From an uncultured delta proteobacterium (GTDB lineage: Bacteria; Myxococcota_A; Polyangia; Polyangiales; Polyangiaceae), in assembly GCA_963696385.1 (NCBI GenBank), contig CAVOKF010000006.1:128001-192000 (forward strand): a stretch of DNA of 64,000 bases, written 5' to 3'. The position numbers and the translations under genes are program-made. This document shows positions 44,779-55,280 of the stretch, piece by piece (position 1 is the first letter of the stretch; the number at the start of each line of letters is the position of its first letter). The notes beneath the pieces are model-generated. The model saw only the letters and a program-made list of their open reading frames with translations. It was not told where the DNA came from and searched no databases.

Positions 44779-46437
44779 ATGAGCTGCCAAGCCCCCTCGT
44801 TTCTCGACTACACGCCTATCGCCCTCGCCTTCGGGACCAGTGGCCTTCGCGGGCTCGTGCAAGACATCACGGATCTCGAGGCGTACATCAACGTCAAAGG
44901 CGGGCTGCGCTATCTGCTGTCGACAGGCGACATCCCGCCCGACAGCCGCGTGATCCTGGCCGGCGATCTGCGGCCGAGCACCGATCGGCTCCTCATCGCG
45001 GTCGCCCGGGCTATCGTCGACGCCGGTTGCGGCGTGGAGAATGCGGGGAAGATCCCCACGCCGGCGCTCGTGGCGCGCGCGATGGCCGAGCGCTGTGCCG
45101 GCGTCATGGTCACCGGCAGCCATATTCCCTTCGACCGAAACGGCATCAAGATCAACCGGAGCGTCGGCGAAGTCCTGAAGTCCGACGAAGCCGGAATCAC
45201 GCGGGAAGTCGAGCGGGTCCGGGCCGAGGAGTACGGGCGATCCGCGGGCGAGTCCGCCTTCGACTCCAAGGGCGGGCTGAAGACCCGCACGCCTCTTCCG
45301 CCGGTGGATCGTGCGGCCGAGGAAGCGTACGTCCGTCGTTACGTCAACGCCTTTGCGGGGGACGCGCTCGGAGGAATGCGCGTCGTCGTCTACCAGCACT
45401 CGGCGGTCGGTCGCGACATCCTGCCCCGGATCCTGGGTGCGATCGGCGCGGAGGTCGTCGTATCGGGCCGCAGCGATGCGTTCGTGGCCCTCGACACGGA
45501 GAATGTCGTCGGCGCTCAGCTCGACGTCCTCGATGCGCTCGCGATCGCCGCCGAGCGAGATGGCTTTCGCCCCCATGCCATCGTCTCGACGGACGGGGAT
45601 TCCGATCGGCCGCTCGTCGCGGCCGTCGTACCCGCCGAGGAGGCCGGACCCGCAGGACGACGCGTGCGCTTTCTGGCCGGCGATCTGCTGGGGATCGTCG
45701 TCGCCGAGCTGCTGTCGGCCCGCGCGGTGGCCGTGCCGATCAGCGCGAACGACGCCGTCCTTCGCCGCATGCGCGAGCGCGGCGTCCTGCTGCGGCAGAC
45801 CCAGATCGGCTCGCCCTACGTGATCGCGGCGATCGACGCGATGAAGCGCGAAGGGCGGGACCCGCCGATCGTCGGATGGGAGGCCAACGGGGGCTTTCTG
45901 ACGGGAAGCGACGTCGCGCTCGCCGGCGGTACGTTGGCGGCGCTTCCGACACGCGACTCCACCCTGCCGATCCTCGCAAACCTGTTCGCGGCCGCGCGCG
46001 AAGGGACGGCGTTGACCCGGATCTGGGACCGGCTGCCCGCGCGGTTCGGCCAATCGGGGCTCCTCGACGAAGTCCCCGTCGCGGTCACCCGTAAGCTCAT
46101 GGCGCGGCTGGTTCCACCGGGCGAGGTGGCGGAAATGGACTTCTCCGGCGCCGTGCCGCCTGCGTGGAACGAGTTGCGTGCGATGCTCGCGCGGGTCTTC
46201 GTCCCTGCGCTCGGCTTCGACGACATCGTGCGGATCAACGTCGTCGATGGTGTGCGGGTCACCTTCAAGAGCGGTGACGTGGCCCACGTGCGCCCGTCGG
46301 GCAACGCGCCGCAGCTGCGCATTTACGCCAACAGCGACTCGCAAGCGCGAGCCGATCGGATCGTGGCCGACGGGCTACGGGAGCCCGACGGAATCCTCCG
46401 CAGGCTCGTGTCCTCTTGCGCGCCGCCCGAGTCCTGA
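44779..46437 (+). CDS. Phosphomannomutase/phosphoglucomutase family
   Basis: FGTSGLRG, TGSHIP, TDGDSDR, GWEANGG, RPSGNAPQLRIY. Confidence 0.92.
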   Translation: MSCQAPSFLDYTPIALAFGTSGLRGLVQDITDLEAYINVKGGLRYLLSTGDIPPDSRVILAGDLRPSTDRLLIAVARAIVDAGCGVENAGKIPTPALVARAMAERCAGVMVTGSHIPFDRNGIKINRSVGEVLKSDEAGITREVERVRAEEYGRSAGESAFDSKGGLKTRTPLPPVDRAAEEAYVRRYVNAFAGDALGGMRVVVYQHSAVGRDILPRILGAIGAEVVVSGRSDAFVALDTENVVGAQLDVLDALAIAAERDGFRPHAIVSTDGDSDRPLVAAVVPAEEAGPAGRRVRFLAGDLLGIVVAELLSARAVAVPISANDAVLRRMRERGVLLRQTQIGSPYVIAAIDAMKREGRDPPIVGWEANGGFLTGSDVALAGGTLAALPTRDSTLPILANLFAAAREGTALTRIWDRLPARFGQSGLLDEVPVAVTRKLMARLVPPGEVAEMDFSGAVPPAWNELRAMLARVFVPALGFDDIVRINVVDGVRVTFKSGDVAHVRPSGNAPQLRIYANSDSQARADRIVADGLREPDGILRRLVSSCAPPES

Positions 46438-46528
46438 CACATCGGATCGTGGCCGACGGGCTACGGGAGCCTGACGGAATCCTCCGCACGCTCGTGTCCT
46501 TCTGCGCGCCGCCCGAGTCCTGAGACAT
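46355..46528. repeat. 86 bp tandem duplication of the mutase 3' end including its stop
   Basis: ATCGGATCGTGGCCGACGGG...GAGTCCTGA at 46355 and 46441. Confidence 0.9.
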
Positions 46529-46607
46529 TCGACGCGATCGAACCGTCGTGCCGCGATCCGAGGTGAAGGCCGCCCTAGCGGCGGTGGGCACCTCGGACGG
46601 CTTCCGT

Positions 46608-48809
46608 TTACTGGCACGCGCTATTTTGGCAGGTCGACGGGGCGACGCATGTCGTGCCGCAAGCCCCGCAATCGGTATTGCTCGTGGTCGTGTCGACGCA
46701 GCTCCCGTCGCAATTGGTAAACGGGGCGGCGCAGACGCACTGGCTGTCTACGCACGTGAGGTTGTTCCCGCAGTCCGCGCCGCAATAGCCGCAGTTGGCC
46801 TTGCTGCTGGTCAGGTCGACGCAGTCGGCTCCGCAGGGCGCTTCGCCCGACAGACACTGAATCACGCACGTCGCGTCGGAGCATCGAGGGGCCGTCCCAG
46901 GGCAACGGTTGCCGCACGAGCCGCAGTCGGCGTTGCTCGACTGCAGATCCTCGCAGTCTCCGCGTCCCCGGAAACCTCTGCCTGCGCACTGGGTCAATCC
47001 CGTGGAGCACGTGCACTGACTGTTGAGGCATGTCGCGCCCACGTCGCACGCGACGCCGCATGCGCTGCAATTGGCCGCGCTCGTGGTGAGGTCGACGCAG
47101 GTCGACACCATCGCGCCGCCGGGGCCGGGCTCGGTACAAAGCGTCAGACCGCCCGTGCCGCAGCCCGCCACGCACGCTCCGCTCTGGCAGGTCGTCCCTT
47201 CGCGGCAGACATTGCCGCACCGGCCGCAATTGGCGTCGTCGCTCTGGGTGTTCGTGCACGTGTTGCGGCACTGCGTGTCGCCTTGCCCGCACTGGCAGGC
47301 CCCGTTCACGCAGCTCCCGCCGATCGGGCACTGGGCATTGCAACCGCCGCAATCGAGATTGTTGGTCGTCAAATCGACACACGCTCCCGCGCATTCGGTC
47401 AGCGACGGGCCCGCGTCTGCCGCCGCGTCGGCCGTCGTACAGGTGTTCGTGCACTGTCCCACGTTGCACACCAGGCCGGTGGCGCATGCATTCCCGCACG
47501 CGCCGCAGTTGGAGGGGTCGCTCGCGGTATCGGTGCACGCGCCGTCGCATGCGACGCCGCCGTTGGCGCAGGCGCACACGCCGGCTTGGCACTGAAATCC
47601 GTTGCCGCATCGTGTGTTGCAACTGCCGCAATTGGCGTTGTCCGACTGCGCATCGACGCAGACCCCGCCGCACTGGAGGTCGCCGGACGCACAAATGCAC
47701 TGTGCGTTGGAGCACACCGTACCGACCGGACAGGTGACCCCGCACCCTCCGCAGTTGTTGGAGTCGGCCGTGTCGGGGATGCAGTTGCCGCTGCACAAGG
47801 CCTGGCCGGCGGGGCACGTGCACGCTCCGTCGACGCACGCCGATCCGCCGCCGCACACAGTGCCGCACGCGCCGCAGTTGGCGTTGTCCGAGGTCGTGTC
47901 GACGCAGGCGCCGCCGCAGTTCGCGACGCCTCCCGCGTCGGGACACGACACGATGCACACGGCGCCCGAGCACACTTGTTCTTGACCGCACGCAGCGCCG
48001 CACGCGCCGCAGTGGGTCGGGCTCGAAGCCAGGTCGACGCACTGCCCCTCGCACAGCGCGGGCAGGGTCCCGCCGGTGCACGTGCAATCGCCGCCCTGGC
48101 ATTGCTGGCCACCGGTGCAGGCGACTCCGCACGAGCCACAATGGTTCGCATTCGTCAGAAGGTCGATGCAGGCGCCGTCGCAATTGACCAGCGTGAGTCC
48201 CGCTTCGGTATCGCACGACAGGGCGCATGCGCCGTCCAGGCACACGTCGCCGCCCGGGCAGACCTTGCCGCAACCGCCGCAATTGGCGGGGTCCGTAAAC
48301 GTATCGACACAGAGCGAATTGCAGACGCTGGTATTGCCCAGGGGGCAAACCGCTCCGTCTGGTTGAGTGAGGACGACCGGCGAATCCGCGACGGCGTCCA
48401 GGGGGGGGCTCGAGTCGAGGCCTTCCGTCCCGTCTACAGTGTTTGCGTCACCGGGCCGCGCTCCGTCGGCCGTGGATATCGCATCGGCCGTGGATATGGC
48501 GTCGGCCGTGGATATCGCATCGGTGGCCGACTTCGCGTCTGCGGGCGTCGCGTCGGGGGTCTCGCGGACGGTGCAGCTCGAACCGGATCCGGACGGAGAG
48601 CACACAGCGCCGTCGGGGGCTGTGCTGCTCGAGCTTGTGTTGGTCGAGATCGTGCTCGTCGCCCGAGAGACGGCGCTCGCGTCGTCGGTCACGAGGATCA
48701 CGTCGCCTTCCAGCGAGGATCGGCCGCATGCGCCGGCGGGAGCGCCCAGCGCAAGGACACAAAGTAGGCGTAGGGCGCCGATAAGAAAGTGTCGCCAGGT
48801 CATCGTCAT
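46608..48809 (-). CDS. Cys-rich repeat lipoprotein, about 13 'CVD...NCG.CG..C' repeats
   Basis: Lipobox AGAC; repeats counted in the translation. Confidence 0.85.
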   Translation of the reverse strand: MTMTWRHFLIGALRLLCVLALGAPAGACGRSSLEGDVILVTDDASAVSRATSTISTNTSSSSTAPDGAVCSPSGSGSSCTVRETPDATPADAKSATDAISTADAISTADAISTADGARPGDANTVDGTEGLDSSPPLDAVADSPVVLTQPDGAVCPLGNTSVCNSLCVDTFTDPANCGGCGKVCPGGDVCLDGACALSCDTEAGLTLVNCDGACIDLLTNANHCGSCGVACTGGQQCQGGDCTCTGGTLPALCEGQCVDLASSPTHCGACGAACGQEQVCSGAVCIVSCPDAGGVANCGGACVDTTSDNANCGACGTVCGGGSACVDGACTCPAGQALCSGNCIPDTADSNNCGGCGVTCPVGTVCSNAQCICASGDLQCGGVCVDAQSDNANCGSCNTRCGNGFQCQAGVCACANGGVACDGACTDTASDPSNCGACGNACATGLVCNVGQCTNTCTTADAAADAGPSLTECAGACVDLTTNNLDCGGCNAQCPIGGSCVNGACQCGQGDTQCRNTCTNTQSDDANCGRCGNVCREGTTCQSGACVAGCGTGGLTLCTEPGPGGAMVSTCVDLTTSAANCSACGVACDVGATCLNSQCTCSTGLTQCAGRGFRGRGDCEDLQSSNADCGSCGNRCPGTAPRCSDATCVIQCLSGEAPCGADCVDLTSSKANCGYCGADCGNNLTCVDSQCVCAAPFTNCDGSCVDTTTSNTDCGACGTTCVAPSTCQNSACQ

Positions 48810-49156
48810 TGCCTGCTATGTCGCTCATGGTACCGTGAGCCCGGTCGCGCGCGCCTGGTTTCGGTCGCAGAGACCACGTCACTGTCAACTGCCGCTCGCG
48901 CTGTATTCTCGCCGCGCGTGGGGGTCGCAAACCAAGCGCTGGCCGCCGATGTCGCCTGGACGACAGCGTGTCCGCGCCTCCTACAGCGGGCCCGTCCCGA
49001 GTTCACCCTTCGGGGTCACCCTGCGGGGCACTCCGTAGGTTCTCGGGCGCCGCGGGGGATGGGGCCGGCGATCGTCCGGCGGCGAAGGCTACGCCCCGGG
49101 CGCGGCCGTGATCCGAGGGCGCCGACCGGACGGTCGTCGATGTCGGCCGCCGCCAT

Positions 49157-49951
49157 TCAAACGAAGCGAAGACGACTTGGCTCGCAGAGCGGCCGTGCGG
49201 CCTCCCGAAGCGCGCGATCGAGCAGGTCGGCCCATGGCTCCTGCTGGTCGCCGCTCGTGATGAGATCCTGACGGACTTCCAATTCGACGTATGGGTGTCC
49301 GCGTTTCTCGGCATGGTTCGGCACGCCGTAGTCCGTGAGGTCGCTCAGGGAGTACGGCTCGTTGTCGCCCACGTTCAGCCCTTCGCCTCGCAGATGGGAA
49401 AGCAACCGATCGGCCAGGCGTCGATCTCGATTGGACAGCACGCCGCACGGCCAGGGTCGGTCGACGCCCCCCAACCGCGGCGTGAAGCTGTGCATCGCGA
49501 TGAAGATGACCGGCCGCATCGCGCGCTCGCGCCGCGTGATCTCTTGTTCGATGCGCGCGTGATACGGGCGGAATATCTCGTTTGCGCGTGCTTCGGCCTC
49601 GAGGGCGGACAGGTTGCGATTGCCCGGTATGGGCGTGCGATCGCTTTCGACTGCAATCGAGCTCGGGGCGTCGAGCGGTCGATTGCAATCGATCACGAGT
49701 CGCGAATACGTTTGAACGACGAGAAACGCGCCGAGCCGTCGGGCGAGCTGCTCGGAGAGCGCGCCGATCCCGATGTCCCACGCGATGTGGCGCTCTCGAT
49801 CCCCAGCCGACAGGCCGAGCGTACCGAGCGCGCGCGGAATGAGGCGCCCGGCATGGTCTGCCGTCATCACGAAGGGCGTGTCCGATCCGCTGTCGATCAC
49901 GCGAAAGGGCGGGGGATCCTCTCGGGTCAAGAGGCGGGTGGGCCAGCTCAT
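49157..49951 (-). CDS. N-formylglutamate amidohydrolase family
   Basis: ADHAG, HIAWDIG, SRLVIDCNR, MHSFTP, GDNEPY, LEVRQDL. Confidence 0.9.
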   Translation of the reverse strand: MSWPTRLLTREDPPPFRVIDSGSDTPFVMTADHAGRLIPRALGTLGLSAGDRERHIAWDIGIGALSEQLARRLGAFLVVQTYSRLVIDCNRPLDAPSSIAVESDRTPIPGNRNLSALEAEARANEIFRPYHARIEQEITRRERAMRPVIFIAMHSFTPRLGGVDRPWPCGVLSNRDRRLADRLLSHLRGEGLNVGDNEPYSLSDLTDYGVPNHAEKRGHPYVELEVRQDLITSGDQQEPWADLLDRALREAARPLCEPSRLRFV

Positions 49952-49970
49952 CGGAGTGCACCTAGGGTCG

Positions 49971-49985
49971 GCAGATTCCGTGCCG
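49971..49985 (-). promoter_or_regulatory. sigma54-type promoter
   Basis: CGGCACGGAATCTGC (GG-N10-GC), 20 nt upstream of ATG 49951. Confidence 0.5.
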
Positions 49986-50011
49986 CCGTCAACCCGCGCA
50001 TCCGTCTGGTG

Positions 50012-50095
50012 GGGCGCCTTGAGACGGCCCCTGGTCAACTCCACGAGCTTTCCGGGTCGGTCTCGCCCGCGACCAGGGCGTCGAAGGTGGCCGCG
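50012..50095 (-). pseudogene. Small internal IS110 transposase fragment
   Basis: FDALVAGETDP/KLVELTRGRLKAP with one frameshift. Confidence 0.55.
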
Positions 50096-50179
50096 TGCCG
50101 CGCGGAGCGCTGCCGCGGAAGCGGGAATGAGAAGCGGCCTCTTGACCTTCGCGCGGCTCAAGCGTTGGCGTGCCGGGAC

Positions 50180-50597
50180 TCATTCGGTGGAAGTGTCTCC
50201 GGTCGCCGTCGCGTCGGTTGCCGTCGCGTCGGTTGCCGTCGCGTCGTCAATCTCTGCCCCTACGCCGCCGTCCGTCTCCTCGGCCGTAACGGGACCGTCC
50301 AGAATCTTCTCGGTCCGCGGGTAGACAACATAGAAGGATGGTGTTCTCGCACAGAGCGGTGTTCTGCTGAGGGGGAGGACACCCTTGGGTATACGGTACA
50401 CACGTCCCCCCAAGCGACGTGCAGCCTACCGTGCTGCCGTCCTGGGCCGTGAGTGCCTCTCCCGAGTCTTGAGCGGCTGCCGATGCCGCCTGGTTGCTGC
50501 ACGCCCCCAGCAGCAGGAGCGACGCCGTCATCCAAAACGGGGAACCGCGTGCCGCCCAAGCACGGTCACGAAAGTCGAAGGTGATCGATGGGGTCAC
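50180..50597 (-). CDS. Small lipoprotein with a six-Cys beta-defensin-like module and acidic Thr/Ala tail (probable frameshift near 50318)
   Basis: Lipobox LGAC; CTSLGGTCVPYTQGCPPPQQNTALCENTILLCC; second frame gives GPVTAEETDGG..DATATDAT. Confidence 0.6.
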
Positions 50598-50817
50598 GCG
50601 GGCCGCACTTTCGGTCCATCCTCGTGCCGAGGAAGACTTCGCCCTTCTCGCGCTGATTGGCGCGGGCGTCCAGCGGCATCGGCCCGGTGTCTTCGCCGGC
50701 GGTATCCCGAGGTGGGCGAGTCTGGTCTCCGTCTACGCGCCGGGGCTGCCGTTCGAGCGTGACGCACCAAGCGGAGTGTGATGTGCTTCACGGATCCACA
50801 AAAGGGGAGATTTTTTC

Positions 50818-51336
50818 ATGATCCAATCTGTTCGTGTTTCCATCGGGCCGTCGAATCTGGGCGCTCTGGCCGCCATCGGCGCGATCGTGGCTTGCTTGGC
50901 TTGCGGCGGCGGGTCGTCCGGTAGCCCCGGCGGCGGGGGCGGCAACACGACGCCCGGCGCAACATGCTCCCTCGCAGCCGGGAACTACACCTCGCACAGT
51001 GTCCTGCAGAGCGGGTCGAGTGCGGGATGCCCGACCCTGATGGATGAATCGGTGCCGATCACGGGCAGCGAAAGCGCATCGAGCCTCAGCGCCTTCATGA
51101 CTTCTACGACGAGCGGGACGGACGGGGGCCCCTCGTGCACGACCTCGCAATCCGGCTGCACCGTCACGCAGATGTGTTCGGAAAGCACGACCGGAGCGAC
51201 GAGCCAGGTCTCGGTGATCTTCACCGTGGCCAACGACTCGGCCAGTGGCACAGAGACGATTCAAGAGATGGTGATGGAGTCCGGCATCTCCGTTTCCCTG
51301 AGCTGCACGTACGCCGTCACGCTGACGCAGACGTAG
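50818..51336 (+). CDS. Ser/Thr-rich Cys-containing lipoprotein
   Basis: Lipobox CLAC, Gly/Ser linker; its TAG stop coincides with the MITE-A end. Confidence 0.7.
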   Translation: MIQSVRVSIGPSNLGALAAIGAIVACLACGGGSSGSPGGGGGNTTPGATCSLAAGNYTSHSVLQSGSSAGCPTLMDESVPITGSESASSLSAFMTSTTSGTDGGPSCTTSQSGCTVTQMCSESTTGATSQVSVIFTVANDSASGTETIQEMVMESGISVSLSCTYAVTLTQT

Positions 51337-51432
51337 TCCCTCGATTCCATGAAACGGAGGGGTGAGACCACCTGATCCCGTCGGGAGGTTCGCGGAAAAC
51401 GACCCTTCCACTCCGCGGAATCGAGGTACTCG
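51333..51432 (-). mobile_element. MITE-A copy 5 (reverse orientation, diverged)
   Basis: Reverse complement matches the other copies with the same 96 bp period. Confidence 0.85.
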
Positions 51433-51786
51433 TTCCTCGATTTCGCGGAAGGAAACGGGGGTCTGCTGAAACAGACGGAGACGCGGAGTCGCGGCCGAAG
51501 GCGTCCATCGGAAGCGTCGTCGGCGTTCCCCTCGGCGTCCCCTGCCTCCGCAGCGTCCATGCCGCCATCGGTGACTAGGGGAACCCACGCGGCGACCCGG
51601 CATGGGCAACACGCTATTCGCCGTCGAGGACATGAACTCTGCCTGGTAGTCCGGTACCGGAGGCGTCGAACGTCGCCGTCAGCGATAGGCTGAGGGGGGT
51701 TACTATGGGTACGGTAAATCAGGGGACGGATGGGCGCGCGCCGACGGCGCGTTTCCTGGATACGGCAGAACCCGATGGCAGGTCCG

Positions 51787-53545
51787 TCATGGATGGACGG
51801 TGCCCTGAGGATTTGGGAGGCTCACGCCGGCTTTCGGGATGTAAATCCACACCTCTCCGGCCGTTGCGCGATGCACCTCGCGACACGCGAGCGGCCAGGG
51901 GACCGTACAGGTCGCTCGGAGCGCCCGAACGTACCCGAGCGACCCGTCGAGCAACCCTCGGAACAAGGCGTGCGATTGCGCGTCCCGGTATTGGGCGAGC
52001 GCATACGACAAGGCCCGAGCCGGTGGAATCCGTGGCCGCCTCGTTGCTGAGCTCGGTGGCGAGGACGATGGCACTCGGCGCGCGCGGACGCGGGTCCATC
52101 GCCGGGTCGATGAGCTCCTCGACCCCGGCGATTCGTTCGCGGTCGGCGATCGGCTCGATGCCCGGACGCACGGCCGCGATCTGGGTCGGGATGCGCGGCA
52201 GAAAAATCGGGCCGCCGTAGACCTCGACGTGGGTGCCCGCCGGAAGCGTCGCCAAGTAGCGCTCCGCCACGTACCGAGAGTCGTTGAGGAGCGTCGCGTC
52301 GAGCGACGTGACACCGATCACGGCCGGGACCAACCCCGCGGCGGCGCAGGCCGCGAGGGCCATGTGCGCGCGCGGCCAGCGCACCCATGCGGCGTCGAAC
52401 GCAAGTGCCGCATAGGGCAGGGCAAAGAGGCTCTGCGGCAGCAGGAACCGGTCCTCGCTGCGGCGTGCCGCCAGCGTGAAGAACAAGGTGAACGAGACCG
52501 CGGCCGACAGCGGCAACAACGCGCGAACGCGGCTCACCCCGTGCTTCGACGTGACCGCGACCCCCACGCCCACAAGGGCTGCCACGGCCACGAGTCCCGA
52601 GGTGAACCGAGGCGTTGCGGCGACGGCGTCATGCGTCAGCGCCATCGCGCCTCGCAGGCTGCGCGGGTATCCGGCCCACGTCTGGCTCGCCGGCCCGAGC
52701 AGAAACGCCACTCGGTGCGCGAACCCGACCGGGTTCACGAGCGCCCCCGAGATCACCGCGTACACGACCGCCGCGCGCACGACGGCGTCGCGTACGGCCG
52801 GACGTGCCACGGGGATCCTCAGGGTCTTCGGGCTCACGACGAACGCCAGCACGAAGGGAATCAGGAGCGCCGCCGCCGCCTGGTCCTTGGTGAGCACCGC
52901 CGCCGTTGCGAGCAGAAGGGCCCGCGTTTCGCGCGGCTCGCCGGACATCACTCGGTCCATCTCGACGAGTGCACCGGTGACCCAGAAAAGATATGGAACG
53001 TCGACGTTGCCCGTGTGCGCGTAGTAGACGAACGTCGCGTTCGCGGCGACGACGATTCCGGCTCCGAGCCCGACACGCGGCCCGGCAAGGCGCGTCCAGA
53101 GGCGCATCGTGTTCCACAGCGCGCCGAGGGCCATCGCGACGGCGACCGCTCGTGCCCCGAGCTCGATGCCCGTCATGTAGAGCGGCCGGATCAATTCGTT
53201 GCTCAGCGCCCCGACTTGCGTTCCGACGCGAATCGCGGCCGCCGCCATCCACGGCAACGACAGGACCGTCAGGATCGCCATGTGAAGCGGCGGGTACGTA
53301 TGGAAGTGCCCCGGCGTGTACGTCTCGACAATCGCGCCCAGTCCGCACGAGCGAGGCGAGATGGCGTCGGTGGCCCATGAATCGGATCCCGGCAGTCCCC
53401 ACGTGATGCCGACCCCCATCGCCGACGCGGCCAGGGCGACGACGGCCATCTGCGGGTCGGCTGCGACGGAGGCTATGCGCGCGCGAAATCGGATTCGGTC
53501 TTGCGCAGGCTCGTGGCGACGTCCAAGAGCGGCCACCGGGGACAC
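51787..53545 (-). CDS. GT39/ArnT-like polytopic glycosyltransferase; +1 frameshift near 52010-52035
   Basis: WGLP..W.TD, YPPLH, YYAH.GNVDVP, LTKDQA; the C-terminus continues in ORF 51787..52314. Confidence 0.7.
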
Positions 53546-53609
53546 GGTATCGATGCGGCGAATGCGAGTCGAGGGCGGAGACGGATCCCTTTATTCCGGG
53601 GCGGTGGAC

Positions 53610-55280
53610 TTACTTCGCAACCGGCGCTTCCGGCGCTCCGTGTCCCGGCCCGAGGATCGCCTTCATCTTTGCGACCGCGTCGAACTCCTCGACGTGAGGC
53701 GGGTGATGGCAATCGAGGCATCGATCGGCCTCCGGCTTGGCGATGACGGCCTTCTCGTCGGTCGGATCCGCCACGTGCCGGGAGCCCGGGCCGTGGCACA
53801 CTTCGCATTGGACGTTTTGTAGCTTGTCCACGTGCGTGACCGTGCTTCCGCCGGGAAGACCGTACCCGGTCACGTGGCAGCCGACGCACTCGAGATTGAA
53901 CTCTCGGCCAAACGAACTGAGCGTCCCGTAGGCGCGCGCATGCCACGTATGCTTCCACATCGCGACCGCCGGCGCGTGGCAGCGTCCGCACACGGCCACG
54001 CCGACGTATCCTGCCTGACCGGCCGCGCGCGGCAAAGGCTTTCGATCCGCCAAAGCCACGCGGTTCTGCCCGTTGACGATCTCGTAGTAGGTGCCGATTT
54101 CGCCTTGAATCGTCGGGTCCGTCCCCAACGACGGGCGGATCTCTTTGAGCGCGTAGCGAAAAAAATTCCCTTGGATCGGCGGTGGCTTGATATCGAGACT
54201 CAGGCGCTCCGCCTCCAGCTCGGCGAGCTCGGTTTTGCGTGCTTGGATCTCGGCGCCGGGCAAGGTGCGTTCGCGTTCCCACACGGCGATTTTTTCGTGC
54301 AAACGGTCGATGCGGGCTGCGAGATCTGCGCGCTCGGGCCCTCGCTCCAATCCCGTCGCGTCGACGAACCGAATCGGTTGCCCGGGCGTGACGCGATCGC
54401 GCACGTAAAGATCGAGAACGGCGACCGATTGAAGGTGGTTGCCCCCTTGCGCGACGATCACGCCGCCGACCGCCTCGGCTTGGGGCACGACCGTGTTCTC
54501 CTCGCCTACAGTCTGGGCGGATCCGACGACGATGGCCGTCAGATCGGGCACGGCCTCGGCAATGCGCTTGGCTTCGTCGCGGCCGACGGCGGCGAGCGCC
54601 ACCAGCACGCTCGCCCCTTGCTGCTTGGCGAGATCGACACCGCGCGCGATGCTTTCCTGCGGCCCCGGCGCATCGGCGGCCGCATCGGCGGCCTGGGGCG
54701 CCCCCTGTCCGAATCCCACGAACCCCACCTTGATGCCCCCTGCGTCCTTGACGATCGCCGAGGCGAACGGCGGCGCGAACCCTGCGCTGGAGCTGGCGAG
54801 GATCGTGCAACCGGCCTTGTGAGCCAGGTCGATCAGGCCCTTCTGCCCGTCGGCCCAGTCGTTGACGCCGGGTGCGAACGCGGCGAAGTGAAGCTCGTGG
54901 AGGAGGCTGGCGATGACGGCCGCCTTCTGCCGGTCTTGATCGGCCCGATCGCGTGGAAGCTTGGCATCCATGAAGAACAGCGGCCCCGCCGCGGCCACGA
55001 GCGACGCCGGCGCGCGAGGGCGCTCGGCCTGCATCCAGGTGGCAAAGTGGTCCAACCCCCCGAGTTGGTCTTTGACGCAGCCGCAGGGCCCGAGCGCTCC
55101 CGCGAGATCGGTGATCAAAACCAAGCGCACCGTCGGAAGGACGGGGCGTCCGGCGTCGACCGCGGCCCCAGTTGGACTCGACCCCGAACCACCGCCTCCG
55201 GGCGAACGGCCTCTTTCGCACCCGACGAGTCCGAACAAGACGATCGACGTGGCCAGCGACAGGCGGATCCAGCCGGTCAT
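53610..55280 (-). CDS. Lipoprotein: 5'-nucleotidase/UshA-like domain fused to a tetraheme c554-like cytochrome
   Basis: Lipobox LVGC; ITDLAGALGPCGC..QLGGL, PGVND; four CxxCH motifs (CGRCH, CVGCH, CEVCH, CLDCH). Confidence 0.8.
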   Translation of the reverse strand: MTGWIRLSLATSIVLFGLVGCERGRSPGGGGSGSSPTGAAVDAGRPVLPTVRLVLITDLAGALGPCGCVKDQLGGLDHFATWMQAERPRAPASLVAAAGPLFFMDAKLPRDRADQDRQKAAVIASLLHELHFAAFAPGVNDWADGQKGLIDLAHKAGCTILASSSAGFAPPFASAIVKDAGGIKVGFVGFGQGAPQAADAAADAPGPQESIARGVDLAKQQGASVLVALAAVGRDEAKRIAEAVPDLTAIVVGSAQTVGEENTVVPQAEAVGGVIVAQGGNHLQSVAVLDLYVRDRVTPGQPIRFVDATGLERGPERADLAARIDRLHEKIAVWERERTLPGAEIQARKTELAELEAERLSLDIKPPPIQGNFFRYALKEIRPSLGTDPTIQGEIGTYYEIVNGQNRVALADRKPLPRAAGQAGYVGVAVCGRCHAPAVAMWKHTWHARAYGTLSSFGREFNLECVGCHVTGYGLPGGSTVTHVDKLQNVQCEVCHGPGSRHVADPTDEKAVIAKPEADRCLDCHHPPHVEEFDAVAKMKAILGPGHGAPEAPVAK

